Assembly: GCA_042216285.1 (NCBI GenBank)
Contig: JBDGUC010000009.1
Location: forward strand, 24,649 to 88,648
Source of the DNA: Haloferacaceae archaeon
Lineage (GTDB): Archaea > Halobacteriota > Halobacteria > Halobacteriales > Haloferacaceae
DNA length: 64,000 nt
Direction: 5' to 3'
Positions 45,973 through 55,594 of the stretch are shown one piece after another. The stretch's first letter is position 1; every line of letters starts with the position of its first letter. Below the pieces are notes generated by a model. That model had not been told where the DNA came from. It made no database searches and saw nothing but the letters and a program-made list of their open reading frames with translations. Position numbers and translations under genes: made by a program.

Positions 45973-46473
45973 ATGTCTGAAGGCGTCTCGCCGATCGACG
46001 ACCGCCCGCGACAGCCGACGCCGTCCGGGAGCGAACTCCTCGACGTGCTCGGCGACGAGTGTTCGCGGCGCATCATCGTGGCGACCAGCGAGCGTCCGCT
46101 GACGGTAAAGGAACTCACCGAGCGGTGTCCGGTCTCCTCGACGACGGTGTACCGGCGCATCAACCGGCTGGTCGACCTCGACCTGTTGCACGAGACGCCG
46201 GCCTTCCCCGCCAACGGCGCGAGCAAGAAGCGCTACGAGGCGACGGTCGATCGGATCGAGACCACGATCGACGAGGAGGGGTTCACCGTGCAGACGTCCC
46301 GGGATCGGAGCGATCACGACCGGATCGAGCGCCTCCTCTCGGAGGCGCCGACCGACCGGATCACGGCCACCGTCGAGGACGGGGAACTCCGGCTGTCCGT
46401 TCCCCTGACCGGACGGCTGTTCGAGGCCGTCGCCGGTGACGGGACGGATCGGGAGGCGGACGATGAGGAGTGA
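45973..46473 (+). CDS. ArsR-like winged-helix regulator with an extra C-terminal domain
   Basis: ELLDVLGDECSRRIIVATSERPLTVKELTERCPVSSTTVYRRINRLVDLDLLHE; acidic C-terminal tail. Confidence 0.65.
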   Translation: MSEGVSPIDDRPRQPTPSGSELLDVLGDECSRRIIVATSERPLTVKELTERCPVSSTTVYRRINRLVDLDLLHETPAFPANGASKKRYEATVDRIETTIDEEGFTVQTSRDRSDHDRIERLLSEAPTDRITATVEDGELRLSVPLTGRLFEAVAGDGTDREADDEE

Positions 46474-46566
46474 GCCGACCGCCGGCACGGACCGCACCGG
46501 CACGGCGGGGGATCCCCCCGTACGTCTGCGGCAACGGGCGTCCCGAGAGGGGCGCGTGAGTGGGCC

Positions 46567-46845
46567 ATGCACGAGCTAACCGGATTCCAGCGCGACCTGC
46601 TCTACGTCATCTGCGGGTTCGACAAGCCGTCGGGACAGACGATCAAGGAGGACATCGAGGAGTACTACCAGGAGGAGATCACCCACGGCCGGCTCTATCC
46701 GAACCTCGACGCGCTCGTCATGAAGTCGTTCGTCGACAAGGGCCAGCTCGACCGCCGGACCAACTACTACGCCATCACGGAGAAGGGGGAGAAGATCCTG
46801 TACGAGCGCCGGCAGTGGGAAAACGAGTACGTCCAGTTCAACTAG
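46567..46845 (+). CDS. PadR-family transcription regulator
   Basis: LTGFQRDLLYVI...SGQTIKEDIEEYY..EITHGRLYPNLDALVMKSFVDKGQLDRRTNYYAITEKGE is the canonical PadR wHTH. Confidence 0.85.
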   Translation: MHELTGFQRDLLYVICGFDKPSGQTIKEDIEEYYQEEITHGRLYPNLDALVMKSFVDKGQLDRRTNYYAITEKGEKILYERRQWENEYVQFN

Positions 46846-46957
46846 GACGCCTCCCCGCTCCTCCGATCCTCCGGCGAGCCCCGGCCCGCCCCCGCTCCGT
46901 CCGTCGACCGTCGGTCGTCGTCGACCTCCGTCGCACCCGTCGGCGCCGCGCCCGCGC

Positions 46958-47497
46958 TCACTCCACCAGCGAGTGGACGACCGACAGGACGAACTCGGAG
47001 CCGACCAGGCCCGCGCCGACGACGAGCGAGCCGAGCGCGGCGAACGGGCCGACGTCTACGGCGGCCAGGACGACCACGGCGGCCCAGCAGACCGTCAGCA
47101 CGAGGTAATAGCGCTCCCAGCGAACGCCGCCGCGTCCGTCCCCGGGGAGGTAGTCGTCGACGAGGAGCGTGATGGTGTCCCCGTCGTCCCAGCGCACCAG
47201 CCCCCGCTCTCCGAGTTTCGGGAGGTGGGTCTGGTAGAGCGAGACGTAGATTCGCCGGCGCTCGTCGCGGTCGAGGTCCTCCGGTCGCTTTCCGTACTCC
47301 ATGGAGGCGACGGCGTCCACGAGCGCCCCGAGCGAGGCCTCCCCGCCCGTCTCCCGGAGGTGTCGCAGGACGTAGAGTCGGCGCGCGCTACAGAGGGCGT
47401 CGAACAGTTCCTCGTCGGACGGCCCCGACCGGTCGTCCGCCGGCGCACTCCCGCGGACGGGCGGACAGGCGGTCGCCCAGAGGGCCCGTGGGGGCAT
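46958..47497 (-). CDS. DUF7344-like wHTH protein with two C-terminal TM helices (paralog of 44649..45167)
   Basis: LFDALCSARRLYVLRHL...IYVSLYQTHLPKLGERGLVRWDDGDTI, then YYLVLTVCWAAVVVLAAV and LGSLVVGAGLVGSEFVLSVV. Confidence 0.6.
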   Translation of the reverse strand: MPPRALWATACPPVRGSAPADDRSGPSDEELFDALCSARRLYVLRHLRETGGEASLGALVDAVASMEYGKRPEDLDRDERRRIYVSLYQTHLPKLGERGLVRWDDGDTITLLVDDYLPGDGRGGVRWERYYLVLTVCWAAVVVLAAVDVGPFAALGSLVVGAGLVGSEFVLSVVHSLVE

Positions 47498-47622
47498 GTC
47501 CCCGCGTTCGCGGCCGTCGAACTTAACTATCGGCTCGTTACCGGCGGCGGCGGCGGCGGGGACCGAACGACGGGTCGAGAAACGCCTCCCCGACCGATCC
47601 GGCGCGAGCCGTCAGGCGGCGA

Positions 47623-47632
47623 ATAACAAAGC
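47623..47632 (+). promoter_or_regulatory. ATAACAAAGC box, instance 1 (upstream of the acetyltransferase/aminotransferase/oxidoreductase/GT2 unit)
   Basis: gcgaATAACAAAGCggtc; 116 nt upstream of the ATG at 47739 and 38 nt upstream of an in-frame GTG at 47661. Confidence 0.4.
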
Positions 47633-47738
47633 GGTCGTCGGCCGAGCGACCGGTCGAGTCGTGCGACCGGGATCGACCCCGCCACCGGCGGCGTCGGCGG
47701 GACCGTCCCGGGGCACGCGGGACCCAGGACACACGATC

Positions 47739-48329
47739 ATGACCACATCGCACGCGGAGATCGGTTCCGACTGTCGGATCGACGACGGTGCCGAGGTCGG
47801 GCGGGCCTACGAGGGCTGGTCCGACCCGGCGGTGCTCGGCGACGGCGCGACCGTCCGGTCCGGGACGATCGTCTACGCCGACGTCGAGATCGGGAGCGGC
47901 TTCACGACCGGACACGACGCCCTCGTTCGGGAACGCACGGAGGTGGGGGACGACGTGCTGGTCGGGACCGGCGCCGTCGTCGACGGACGCTCGACGCTCG
48001 GCTCGCGGGTCAGCCTCCAGACGCGCGCGTACGTCCCGACCCACACCACCGTCGGGGACGACGTCTTCGTCGGTCCGGGCGCCGTCCTCACGAACGACCC
48101 CTACCCGTTGCGACGGTCGGTCGACCTGCGGGGGCCGACGATCGAATCGGGCGCCTCCATCGGCGGGAACGCGACCGTCCTGCCGGACGTGACCGTCGGC
48201 CACGACGGGTTCGTCGCCGCCGGCGCCGTCGTCACCGAGGACGTCCCCCCCGACACGCTCGCGGTCGGGGTCCCCGCCGTCCATCGACCGCTGCCGGCGC
48301 CGCTCGAAGGGGGGAACGGCGGGACGTGA
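47739..48329 (+). CDS. Left-handed beta-helix (hexapeptide) sugar N-acetyltransferase, WbpD-like
   Basis: Repeated hexapeptide pattern (IGSGFTTGHDALV, VGDDVLVGTGAVV, VGDDVFVGPGAVL, IGGNATVLPDVTVG). Confidence 0.85.
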   Translation: MTTSHAEIGSDCRIDDGAEVGRAYEGWSDPAVLGDGATVRSGTIVYADVEIGSGFTTGHDALVRERTEVGDDVLVGTGAVVDGRSTLGSRVSLQTRAYVPTHTTVGDDVFVGPGAVLTNDPYPLRRSVDLRGPTIESGASIGGNATVLPDVTVGHDGFVAAGAVVTEDVPPDTLAVGVPAVHRPLPAPLEGGNGGT

Positions 48330-49420
48330 TCCCGATCGCCGCTCCCCGGATCGGCGAGGCCGAGCGGGCCGCCGTCGAGCGCGTCCTCGATAGCGGGCGG
48401 CTGGCCGACGGCCCCGAGGTCCGGGCGTTCGAGGACGAGTTCGCCGCCGTCGCCGGGACCGACCGCGCCGTGGCGACCGCCAACGGGACCGCCGCGCTCG
48501 TGACCGCCCTGCGGGCGCTCGGAATCGGCGCGGGAGACCGGGTGCTCACGTCGCCGTTCACGTTCGTCGCGACGGCGAACGCCGTCCGCCTGTGCGGGGC
48601 GACCCCGGTCTTCGTCGACGTCGATCCGGCCACGTTCGACCTCTCTCCCGACGCGCTGGCCGAGGCGGTCGCCGCCGACCCCGACGCCTACGACGCCGTC
48701 ATCGCCGTCCACCTCTACGGTCTGCCGGCCGACGTGGGCGCGATCGGACGGATCTGCGACCGCCACGACCTGGCGCTGATCGAGGACGCGGCCCAGGCCC
48801 ACGGCGCCCGCTACGGGGGCGACCCGGTCGGGAGCTTCGGCGACGTCGCCGCCTTCTCGTTTTATTCGACGAAGAACATGACGACCGGCGAGGGGGGGAT
48901 GGTCGTCACGGACCGCGACGACGTCGCGGACGCGGCCGCGCGGTTCGTCAACCACGGCCGCGACGGCTCCGGCGACCGCCACGTCGAGGTGGGACACAAC
49001 CTCCGGATGACGAGCGTCGCGGCCGCCATCGGCCGCGTCCAGCTCGACCGGCTCCCGGAGTTCACGGCCGCACGCCGCGAGCACGCGGCGCGGCTCACCG
49101 ACCGCCTGGCCGACGCCCCGGTGTGGACGCCGTGGGTCCCAGACGACCGGGAACACGTCTTCCACCAGTACACGGTGCGCCACGAGGCGCGCGACCGGCT
49201 GGCCGACGCGCTCGCCGACGCCGGGGTCGACACCGGGGTCTACTACCCGACTCCCGTCAACCGACAGCCGGCCTACCCGGACGCCGGGGGCGACACGCCG
49301 GTCGCGGACCGCGTGGCCGCCTCGGTGCTCTCCCTGCCGGTCCATCCCGGACTCACGGACGCCGACGTCGACGCCGTCGCGGACGCCGTGGTGCGGTGTG
49401 CGCGGGAGGTGCGAGCGTGA
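48326..49420 (+). CDS. DegT/DnrJ/EryC1-family PLP-dependent sugar aminotransferase, WbpE-like
   Basis: GPEVRAFEDEFA, DVDPATFDL, IEDAAQAHGA, FSFYSTKNMTTGEGGMV (PLP Lys). 4-nt overlap with the upstream gene. Confidence 0.9.
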   Translation: MIPIAAPRIGEAERAAVERVLDSGRLADGPEVRAFEDEFAAVAGTDRAVATANGTAALVTALRALGIGAGDRVLTSPFTFVATANAVRLCGATPVFVDVDPATFDLSPDALAEAVAADPDAYDAVIAVHLYGLPADVGAIGRICDRHDLALIEDAAQAHGARYGGDPVGSFGDVAAFSFYSTKNMTTGEGGMVVTDRDDVADAAARFVNHGRDGSGDRHVEVGHNLRMTSVAAAIGRVQLDRLPEFTAARREHAARLTDRLADAPVWTPWVPDDREHVFHQYTVRHEARDRLADALADAGVDTGVYYPTPVNRQPAYPDAGGDTPVADRVAASVLSLPVHPGLTDADVDAVADAVVRCAREVRA

Positions 49421-50412
49421 CCGACCCGCTCGCCGTCGGCGTCCTGGGCGTCGGCTCCATGGGGGCGAACCACGCCCGGGTGTACGACGAACTGCCGGAG
49501 ACGCGGCTCGTGGGGGTCCACGACGCCGACCGGGAGCGCGCCGAGGCGGTCGCGGCCGAGCGCGGCACCGACGCGCTGGCGACGGCCGACCTCCTCGACC
49601 GGGCCGCCGCCGTCTCCGTCGCCGTGCCGACGCCGGCACACGCGAGCGTCGTTCGGACCTGTCTCGACGCCGGCGTGGACGCCCTCGTCGAGAAGCCGTT
49701 CGTCACGGATCCGGACGTGGGCCGGCGGCTGGCGAGCGAGGCGGCCGAGCGGGACGTGACGCTCCAGGTCGGCCACGTCGAGCGGTTCAACCCGGCGGTG
49801 TCGGTCGTCGAGGACGTGCTCGGGGACGCCGACCTGTTCGCCGTCCACGCCCGCCGCCTCGGCCCCCCGGTGGACCGCGACATGCGCGCCGGGGTGGTCG
49901 TGGACCTGATGATCCACGACCTCGACGTGGTCAACGTCCTGGCCGACGCGCCGGTCCGGTCGGTCTGCGCGCAGGGGGCGGCGGACGGCCGCCACACGAC
50001 GGCGACCCTCCGGTTCGAGGACGGGCCGGTGGCGACGCTGACTGCGAGCCGGGTCACCCAGCGGAAGGTCCGCCGTCTCGACATCGTCGCCGACGAGCGG
50101 TTCGTCTCCGTCGATTACCTGGACCAGTCGGTCGAGGTCTATCGCCGGTCGGTCCCGGAGTACGTGCGCGACGACGGCGAGATCCGGTATCGCCACGAGA
50201 GCGTGGTCGAACGGCCGATGGTCGAGCGCGTCGAGCCGCTGAAGGCCGAACTCGCGTCGTTCGTCGGCGCGGTGCGCGGCGAGCACCCGCCGGTCGTCCC
50301 GCCGGAGGCCGGGATCGCGGCCCTCGAACTCGCCCGGGAGATCGATCGCCGGGCCCGCACCGACGGCCGGATCGAGGGGACGCCACGCCGGATCGGCGGG
50401 GGGGCGTCGTGA
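49417..50412 (+). CDS. Gfo/Idh/MocA-family NAD-dependent sugar oxidoreductase, WbpB-like
   Basis: GTG start overlapping the previous stop. VGVLGVGSMGANHARVY Rossmann motif, EKPF motif, GHVERFNPAV. Confidence 0.85.
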   Translation: MTDPLAVGVLGVGSMGANHARVYDELPETRLVGVHDADRERAEAVAAERGTDALATADLLDRAAAVSVAVPTPAHASVVRTCLDAGVDALVEKPFVTDPDVGRRLASEAAERDVTLQVGHVERFNPAVSVVEDVLGDADLFAVHARRLGPPVDRDMRAGVVVDLMIHDLDVVNVLADAPVRSVCAQGAADGRHTTATLRFEDGPVATLTASRVTQRKVRRLDIVADERFVSVDYLDQSVEVYRRSVPEYVRDDGEIRYRHESVVERPMVERVEPLKAELASFVGAVRGEHPPVVPPEAGIAALELAREIDRRARTDGRIEGTPRRIGGGAS

Positions 50413-50488
50413 GTCACCCCGGACGCCGGACCGTCGAGCGTCCCCGGGACGCGACGGCCGGCGCGCGACGGGCCCACGCCGGGAGCGG

Positions 50489-51655
50489 GTGACCGTGTAC
50501 CGGGACCGAACCGTCGGCGTCGTCGTGCCGGCCTACGAGGAGGAGGGGTTCGTCGGCGACGTGATCGACACCGTGCCGGCGTTCGTCGATCGGGTCTACC
50601 CCGTCGACGACCGCTCGACCGACGGCACCTGGGCGGAGATCCGCGAGCACGCGGCGGCGGCGAACGCCGCGTGGCCGGAGGCCGCGTCCGCCCCCGAGCG
50701 AACGCCCTTCGCCCGGCGCGTGGTCCCGATCCGGCGCGAGGAGAACGGCGGCGTCGGCGCCGCGATCAAGACCGGCTACCGCCGTGCGCTGGTCGACGAG
50801 ATCGACGTGATCGCGGTGATGAACGGCGACGGCCAGATGGATCCGGACGAACTCCCCCGGCTCCTCGATCCGATCGTCGACGGCACCGCCGACTACGCCA
50901 AGGGCAACCGGCTCGTCCACGCCGACCACCGCCAGGGGATGTCCCGCTGGCGGCTGCTCGGCAACACCATCCTCTCCGGGCTCACCAAGGTCGCGAGCGG
51001 CTACTGGCAGCTCACCGACCCGCAGAACGGCTACACGGCCGTCTCGGCCGGGGCGCTCCGGCGGATCGATCTGGACTCGGTGTACGACGACTACGGCTTC
51101 TGCAACCACCTGCTCGTCCGCCTCAACGCGGTCGACGCGACCGTCGTCGACGTGGCCATGCCCGCCGTCTACGGGGACGAACGGAGCACCATCCGGTACT
51201 CGCGGTTCATCCCCTCGCTCTCCGCACTCCTCTTCCGGAGCTTCCTCTGGCGGCTCAAGACCCAGTACGTCGTCTTCGGCTTCCACCCCCTCGTGGCCCT
51301 CTACCTCCTCGGGATCCTGGGGACGGGGGCGGGGCTGGCGTTCGTCGGGGCCGCTCTGGGCGGTGCCCTCGGCGGCGCCGCGCTCCGCTGGCTCACCCTG
51401 GGCGGCGTCGGCGTCCTCGTCCTCTTTCTCGCCGCGCTGTCGCTGATCGCCGCCGTCCTGCTCGACATGGGTCAGAACGACGGCCTCGAACGCCGCCGGT
51501 ACGGCCGCGTCGGGCGGGATTCGGTCGCGGACGGCCCCCCCCGGCCGGCCCCGGCGGACGACGACCCCGGCGCGGCCGCCGGGACCGAAGCCGACGGACC
51601 GCCGATGGGCATCGACGAGGAGTCGACGCGGACGACGCCCGGCAGTTCCTCCTGA
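50489..51655 (+). CDS. Family 2 glycosyltransferase with C-terminal TM segments
   Basis: VGVVVPAYEEEGFVGDVIDTV, VDDRSTDGT, MNGDGQMDP (DxD), followed by hydrophobic segments. Confidence 0.85.
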   Translation: MTVYRDRTVGVVVPAYEEEGFVGDVIDTVPAFVDRVYPVDDRSTDGTWAEIREHAAAANAAWPEAASAPERTPFARRVVPIRREENGGVGAAIKTGYRRALVDEIDVIAVMNGDGQMDPDELPRLLDPIVDGTADYAKGNRLVHADHRQGMSRWRLLGNTILSGLTKVASGYWQLTDPQNGYTAVSAGALRRIDLDSVYDDYGFCNHLLVRLNAVDATVVDVAMPAVYGDERSTIRYSRFIPSLSALLFRSFLWRLKTQYVVFGFHPLVALYLLGILGTGAGLAFVGAALGGALGGAALRWLTLGGVGVLVLFLAALSLIAAVLLDMGQNDGLERRRYGRVGRDSVADGPPRPAPADDDPGAAAGTEADGPPMGIDEESTRTTPGSSS

Positions 51656-51729
51656 CGTCGGCGCGCGGGCGGGCGAGACCGCCCCGCACGCCGGTCGCGT
51701 GTGTCGTCCCCTCTGCCGTCGCGTCGTCC

Positions 51730-52440
51730 CTATCGGACGACCCGGTCCAGATACTCCGTGATCCGGTGGTGGGCGCGGTCGGCGCGGTCGGCGACGACCG
51801 TCGACAGCGCCCGGTCCCGCGGGTCCCAGAGGCCGGGGTGGACCAGCACCTGGACGGTCTCGGGAACGCCGTCGACGAAGGGCCGGCGGCGGCGCCACCG
51901 CTGGTTCGTGTCCGAGCAGTATCCGATCTCACTGAAGTATCGCGGCGCGTAGACGCTCGTGAACTCCTCGAACCGCCGGTCGAGCACCCAGTCGGGCGGG
52001 ACGTGAAAGGAGACGACCTCGATCGAACCCTCGGTCAGGTGGCAAAGCACCGCCATCTCCCGTCGCACGGTCTCGACGAGCGTCCGGCCGTCGGGGCGGT
52101 CGTCCCACACGCGGTGGCTGTCGAACTGCAGTCCGATCTCGTGCCCGAGGGCCTCGATCGTCCGCATCGCCTCGAACTGCCGCGGTTCGAGCAGGTCGTA
52201 GACCGGCGCGGTCACGAGGAAGAAGTACGTCGCGGAGACGCCGAGGTCGGCCTCGCGGCGGGCCATCGAGAGCGCCCGCTCCGGCGAGAGGTCGACGTCG
52301 TGCCGGAGGATCACCTCCCGCGGCCCGGGGTCGTCGAACCCGACGAACTCGTAGCCGTCGTCGAGGAGTCCCGCGAGCAGTTCCTCGTAGCTGTCGGGCG
52401 TAAAGCGCATGCCCTCCGGCTCCGTCCAGTAGGCAGTCAT
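51730..52440 (-). CDS. Polysaccharide-deacetylase-like (CE4-like) hypothetical protein
   Basis: ILRHDVDLSPERALSMARREADLGVSATYFF and GHEIGLQFDSH resemble the divergent deacetylase fold. The family call is tentative. Confidence 0.55.
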   Translation of the reverse strand: MTAYWTEPEGMRFTPDSYEELLAGLLDDGYEFVGFDDPGPREVILRHDVDLSPERALSMARREADLGVSATYFFLVTAPVYDLLEPRQFEAMRTIEALGHEIGLQFDSHRVWDDRPDGRTLVETVRREMAVLCHLTEGSIEVVSFHVPPDWVLDRRFEEFTSVYAPRYFSEIGYCSDTNQRWRRRRPFVDGVPETVQVLVHPGLWDPRDRALSTVVADRADRAHHRITEYLDRVVR

Positions 52441-52571
52441 TTACCCATCACCCGCGCGACGGTACCCCGGACGCGTCGATCGGCGGACCGGGTCGCCGGT
52501 CGGCCGGAGAGATGGTCGCCCTCTCGACGGGTCGCGTCGACGACCCGTCGGTCGGTGGAGACGTCGTCCAT
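52437..52571 (-). CDS. Candidate 44-aa small ORF translationally coupled (ATGA) to the deacetylase-like gene
   Basis: MDDVSTDRRVVDATRREGDHLSGRPATRSADRRVRGTVARVMGK. Its ATG is 33 nt downstream of an ATAACAAAGC box. The basic composition argues against it. Confidence 0.25.
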   Translation of the reverse strand: MDDVSTDRRVVDATRREGDHLSGRPATRSADRRVRGTVARVMGK

Positions 52572-52594
52572 ACGACGACCGTCGGCGAATGCGG

Positions 52595-52604
52595 GCTTTG
52601 TTAT
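52595..52604 (-). promoter_or_regulatory. ATAACAAAGC box, instance 2
   Basis: Minus-strand gggacATAACAAAGCccgc; 33 nt upstream of the ATG at 52571. Confidence 0.4.
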
Positions 52605-54370
52605 GTCCCGGTTTCGGTCGTCGGGACCAACGGCGCCGAGCGGCCGGCGACGGCCGCGATCGTCAGCAGGTCGTACGCCGCGATGTCGGGGACCCGCTCC
52701 GCGTCGAGCGCCCGACCGACGGCGTCGGCGGACAGGACGTCGGTCACCCGCTCGTCGGTGGCGAGCGTCGTTCTGAGGCGCCGGACGGTCTCCTCGCTCG
52801 GCGCCCGGCTTCGCACCGTCCCGAGCAGCGCCTCCTTGAGGCGCGGATACCGGCCGGACTGCTCGTAGACGAACCGCTTGAGCGCGTACTCGACCGAGTC
52901 CGGCGACGCCCCGAAGTCGGCGTGCTCGATGCGTTCGATCCCCGGCGAGAGCTGCCGCAGAAACGCCCGATACAGCCGTCCCCGCCGCTTCTGTTCGGGC
53001 GGACAGTTCATCGCGTCGAGGAAGAACGGCGCCGCGTAGAACGGCGAGGCGCTCCAGCAGAAATACCGGTTGCGGTCCTCGCCGTGGTTGAGCCAGTTGA
53101 CGGCGCGCTCCCGGACCGCGAAGTGGGCGTATCGGTCTCCGGGGGCCGATTCGGGGTAGCTCCGGATCCGCTCGGCGACGGACGCCACGAGGGCGTCCTC
53201 GTCGACGCCGGCGGCGGCCGCCGCGTCGGCGGGCGTCATCACGGCGTGTGCGGCGACGAGGTGGTCGACCAGGGCGTCGAGGTCGCCGAACGACCGCGGC
53301 GGCGTCAGGTCCGGCAGGGCCTTGTCCCCGCCGTCGCCGGTGACGAGCGTCACGCCCCGGCCGTGGTCGTCGACCAGCGCGTCGAGGAAGTCCACGACGG
53401 GCGCCATCCCGACGGAGTTCATCCCCTGCATCGTCTCGACGAGCCACGCCTCGTGTTCCGCCCGGCTCGTGACCCGGTAGCGCTTCCAGGGGAGCCCCAC
53501 CGCCCTGGCGACCCGCTCGGCGACGCGCAGTTCCCCGCTCGCGTCGGACGTGATGGGGTCGAACGTCGCCGCCCGCGTCGGCACGTCGAGGGTCGCGTAG
53601 CCCGCCGCCGCCGCCCGGGAGTCCAGACCGCCGCTCAGCGAGACGACAACGGGGCCGCCCCGGGCGCGGTTCTCGCAGGCCACGGCGAACTGCCGGGCCA
53701 GCCGGCGGGCGTTCTCCCGGACCGACCGGTCGGCCCGGGTCCGGGTGCCGAAGTCGTACCGGAAGACGCGCTCGCGGGCGCCGCCGAGTCGCACCCGGGC
53801 GGCCGGCGGCAGGTGCGAGACGCCCTTGTAGAGCGTCCGATCCCCGAGCCGGTAGCCGAACAGGAGCGTCTGGGCGACGCCGAGGCGGTCCACCGGTCGA
53901 TCCGTCCCGGTCTCCCGGGCGAGGGTCCCGACGAGCGCGAGTTCGCGGGAGACGACGTCGGCCCCCCGGATCGACGCCCGGTAGGTCGGGAGGCGCGCGA
54001 AGGCGTCCGTCAGGACGTGGGTCTCCTCGGTCGCCCGGTCGACGGCGACGAGCACGAACGCCCCGTCGCGGGACCGGAGCCACGACGCGAGTTCGTCGTC
54101 GTCGCCCGCGGCCAGCCAGTCGGCGACGCGCTCGCCGTCGTCGTCGAGCGAGCGATCGTACAGCGCGCCGTCGAGAAAGAGGTGCCAGCGGTCCGTCTTC
54201 AGACGGTCGCCGGGATAGGCGGGGTAGCCGGTCCAGCCGACCAGGACCTCGTCGCCGTCGTACAGCGTCTCGCGGGCGTAGTCGTCGTCGAAGCGGACGG
54301 CATCGAACGCCGCGTCGACCGCGTCGGGGGGGAGCGATCCCCGCCCGTCGATCACGCTGAGTCCGGGCAT
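52601..54370 (-). CDS. Asparagine synthase (glutamine-hydrolysing)-like amidotransferase, WbpG/PseA-like
   Basis: PP-loop VVVSLSGGLDSRAAAA. The N-terminal part is Ntn-amidotransferase-like. 589 aa from the ATG at 54370; an alternative ATG is at 54415. Confidence 0.8.
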   Translation of the reverse strand: MPGLSVIDGRGSLPPDAVDAAFDAVRFDDDYARETLYDGDEVLVGWTGYPAYPGDRLKTDRWHLFLDGALYDRSLDDDGERVADWLAAGDDDELASWLRSRDGAFVLVAVDRATEETHVLTDAFARLPTYRASIRGADVVSRELALVGTLARETGTDRPVDRLGVAQTLLFGYRLGDRTLYKGVSHLPPAARVRLGGARERVFRYDFGTRTRADRSVRENARRLARQFAVACENRARGGPVVVSLSGGLDSRAAAAGYATLDVPTRAATFDPITSDASGELRVAERVARAVGLPWKRYRVTSRAEHEAWLVETMQGMNSVGMAPVVDFLDALVDDHGRGVTLVTGDGGDKALPDLTPPRSFGDLDALVDHLVAAHAVMTPADAAAAAGVDEDALVASVAERIRSYPESAPGDRYAHFAVRERAVNWLNHGEDRNRYFCWSASPFYAAPFFLDAMNCPPEQKRRGRLYRAFLRQLSPGIERIEHADFGASPDSVEYALKRFVYEQSGRYPRLKEALLGTVRSRAPSEETVRRLRTTLATDERVTDVLSADAVGRALDAERVPDIAAYDLLTIAAVAGRSAPLVPTTETGT

Positions 54371-54411
54371 CGTGCGTGTCCCCTCATCGACCGTCCCCAC
54401 CCCGCCCGAGG

Positions 54412-54421
54412 GCATTGTTAT
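54412..54421 (-). promoter_or_regulatory. ATAACAATGC box, instance 3 (one mismatch)
   Basis: Minus-strand gccacATAACAATGCcctc; 51 nt upstream of the ATG at 54370. Confidence 0.35.
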
Positions 54422-54437
54422 GTGGCCGGTACCGGAC

Positions 54438-55442
54438 TCAGCCGCCGGGGTGGACCCGTCCCCGGTCGGCCGGACCGCGGTCCCCGAGTACGGCCGCGAC
54501 GACCGCGTCGGTCACGTTGTCTGTGTCGTCGAGGAGTCGCCGCCGTCGCCGCGCCCACCGGTTCCCGGCAGAGCCGTCGGCGAGCACCTCCTCGACGCGG
54601 TCGGTCGCCGTCGCGGCGTCGGCCGTGGCCACGAGGTCGTACTCGTCCCGGAGGTGTCGACAGCGGACCGGGGGGTCGCCCACGAACACCGTCGGCGTCC
54701 CGCAGACGGCGGCCTCGGTCGCGGTCGTCCCGAGGGCGCTCACGCACGCCGTCGCCCCCGCGAGTACCCCCTCGACGGCCCCGTCGGCGGCGTATCGCCG
54801 GTCGACGTCGTCGTCGGTCCCCGACGCCGAGACGAGCGCCACGCCGCCGTGGCGCGCCAGGCGGTCCCTGACCGGGCCGTACCACGCCCCGGCGGCCGCC
54901 GGATCCCGGACCCCGACGACGGCGTACGGCTCCGGGGGAAGATCGGGGGGTGGGTCGGGACGACCGTCCCGTTCCGGGTCGAGGTACGCCAGTTCGTGGA
55001 GTCCGTCGTAGACCACCTGCCGGTCCCCGAACGCCCCTGCGAGGTACGCGGGCGTACAGACGGCGTCGGCCAGTCGGGCGACGATCCGATCGACCCGGGT
55101 CGGCGCCCAGTCGACGAACACGACGCTTCGGGCCCCGGCCAGCGGGGCGAGGTGCGAGACCGCGCGGCCGCCGACGGACGTGAGGACGTCGGCGTCGGTC
55201 CGCACCGCCCGGGCGAGCGTCCGCGCCTCGTAGCGGACGTGGCCGGCGACGAGGTCGGCGGTCGTCGACGGCTCCCCCGCGAGCACGGCGTAGGGAAGGT
55301 CGTAGCGATCGAGCAGCGCCACCGTGGCCGCGTGCGCCCGGGCGAGGATCGAGACGCGGTGGCCCCGCTCGCGCAGTTCGGTCACGGCGTGGCGGTAGAA
55401 GCGGACGTGTTCCGGATGACGGACCGCGACGAGGACGTGCAT
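54438..55442 (-). CDS. DUF354-family protein (GT-B/epimerase-like fold common in archaeal glycosylation clusters)
   Basis: MHVLVAVRHPEHVRFYRHAVTELRERGHRV is the typical DUF354 N-terminus; 334 aa. Confidence 0.7.
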   Translation of the reverse strand: MHVLVAVRHPEHVRFYRHAVTELRERGHRVSILARAHAATVALLDRYDLPYAVLAGEPSTTADLVAGHVRYEARTLARAVRTDADVLTSVGGRAVSHLAPLAGARSVVFVDWAPTRVDRIVARLADAVCTPAYLAGAFGDRQVVYDGLHELAYLDPERDGRPDPPPDLPPEPYAVVGVRDPAAAGAWYGPVRDRLARHGGVALVSASGTDDDVDRRYAADGAVEGVLAGATACVSALGTTATEAAVCGTPTVFVGDPPVRCRHLRDEYDLVATADAATATDRVEEVLADGSAGNRWARRRRRLLDDTDNVTDAVVAAVLGDRGPADRGRVHPGG

Positions 55443-55594
55443 CGTTCGTGGCCGGCGTGGGTTTCGCCCCCCTACGTATTGTTAAGGAGAGCGTATGGAC
55501 CGTCCGCGCCGGTCCCCGCCTCGGACCCACGAGCCCCGATCGTTGGGGCGGGCCGTCGGGTCCCGATCGAGCGCCCGTCGGGAGCATGGTCACC

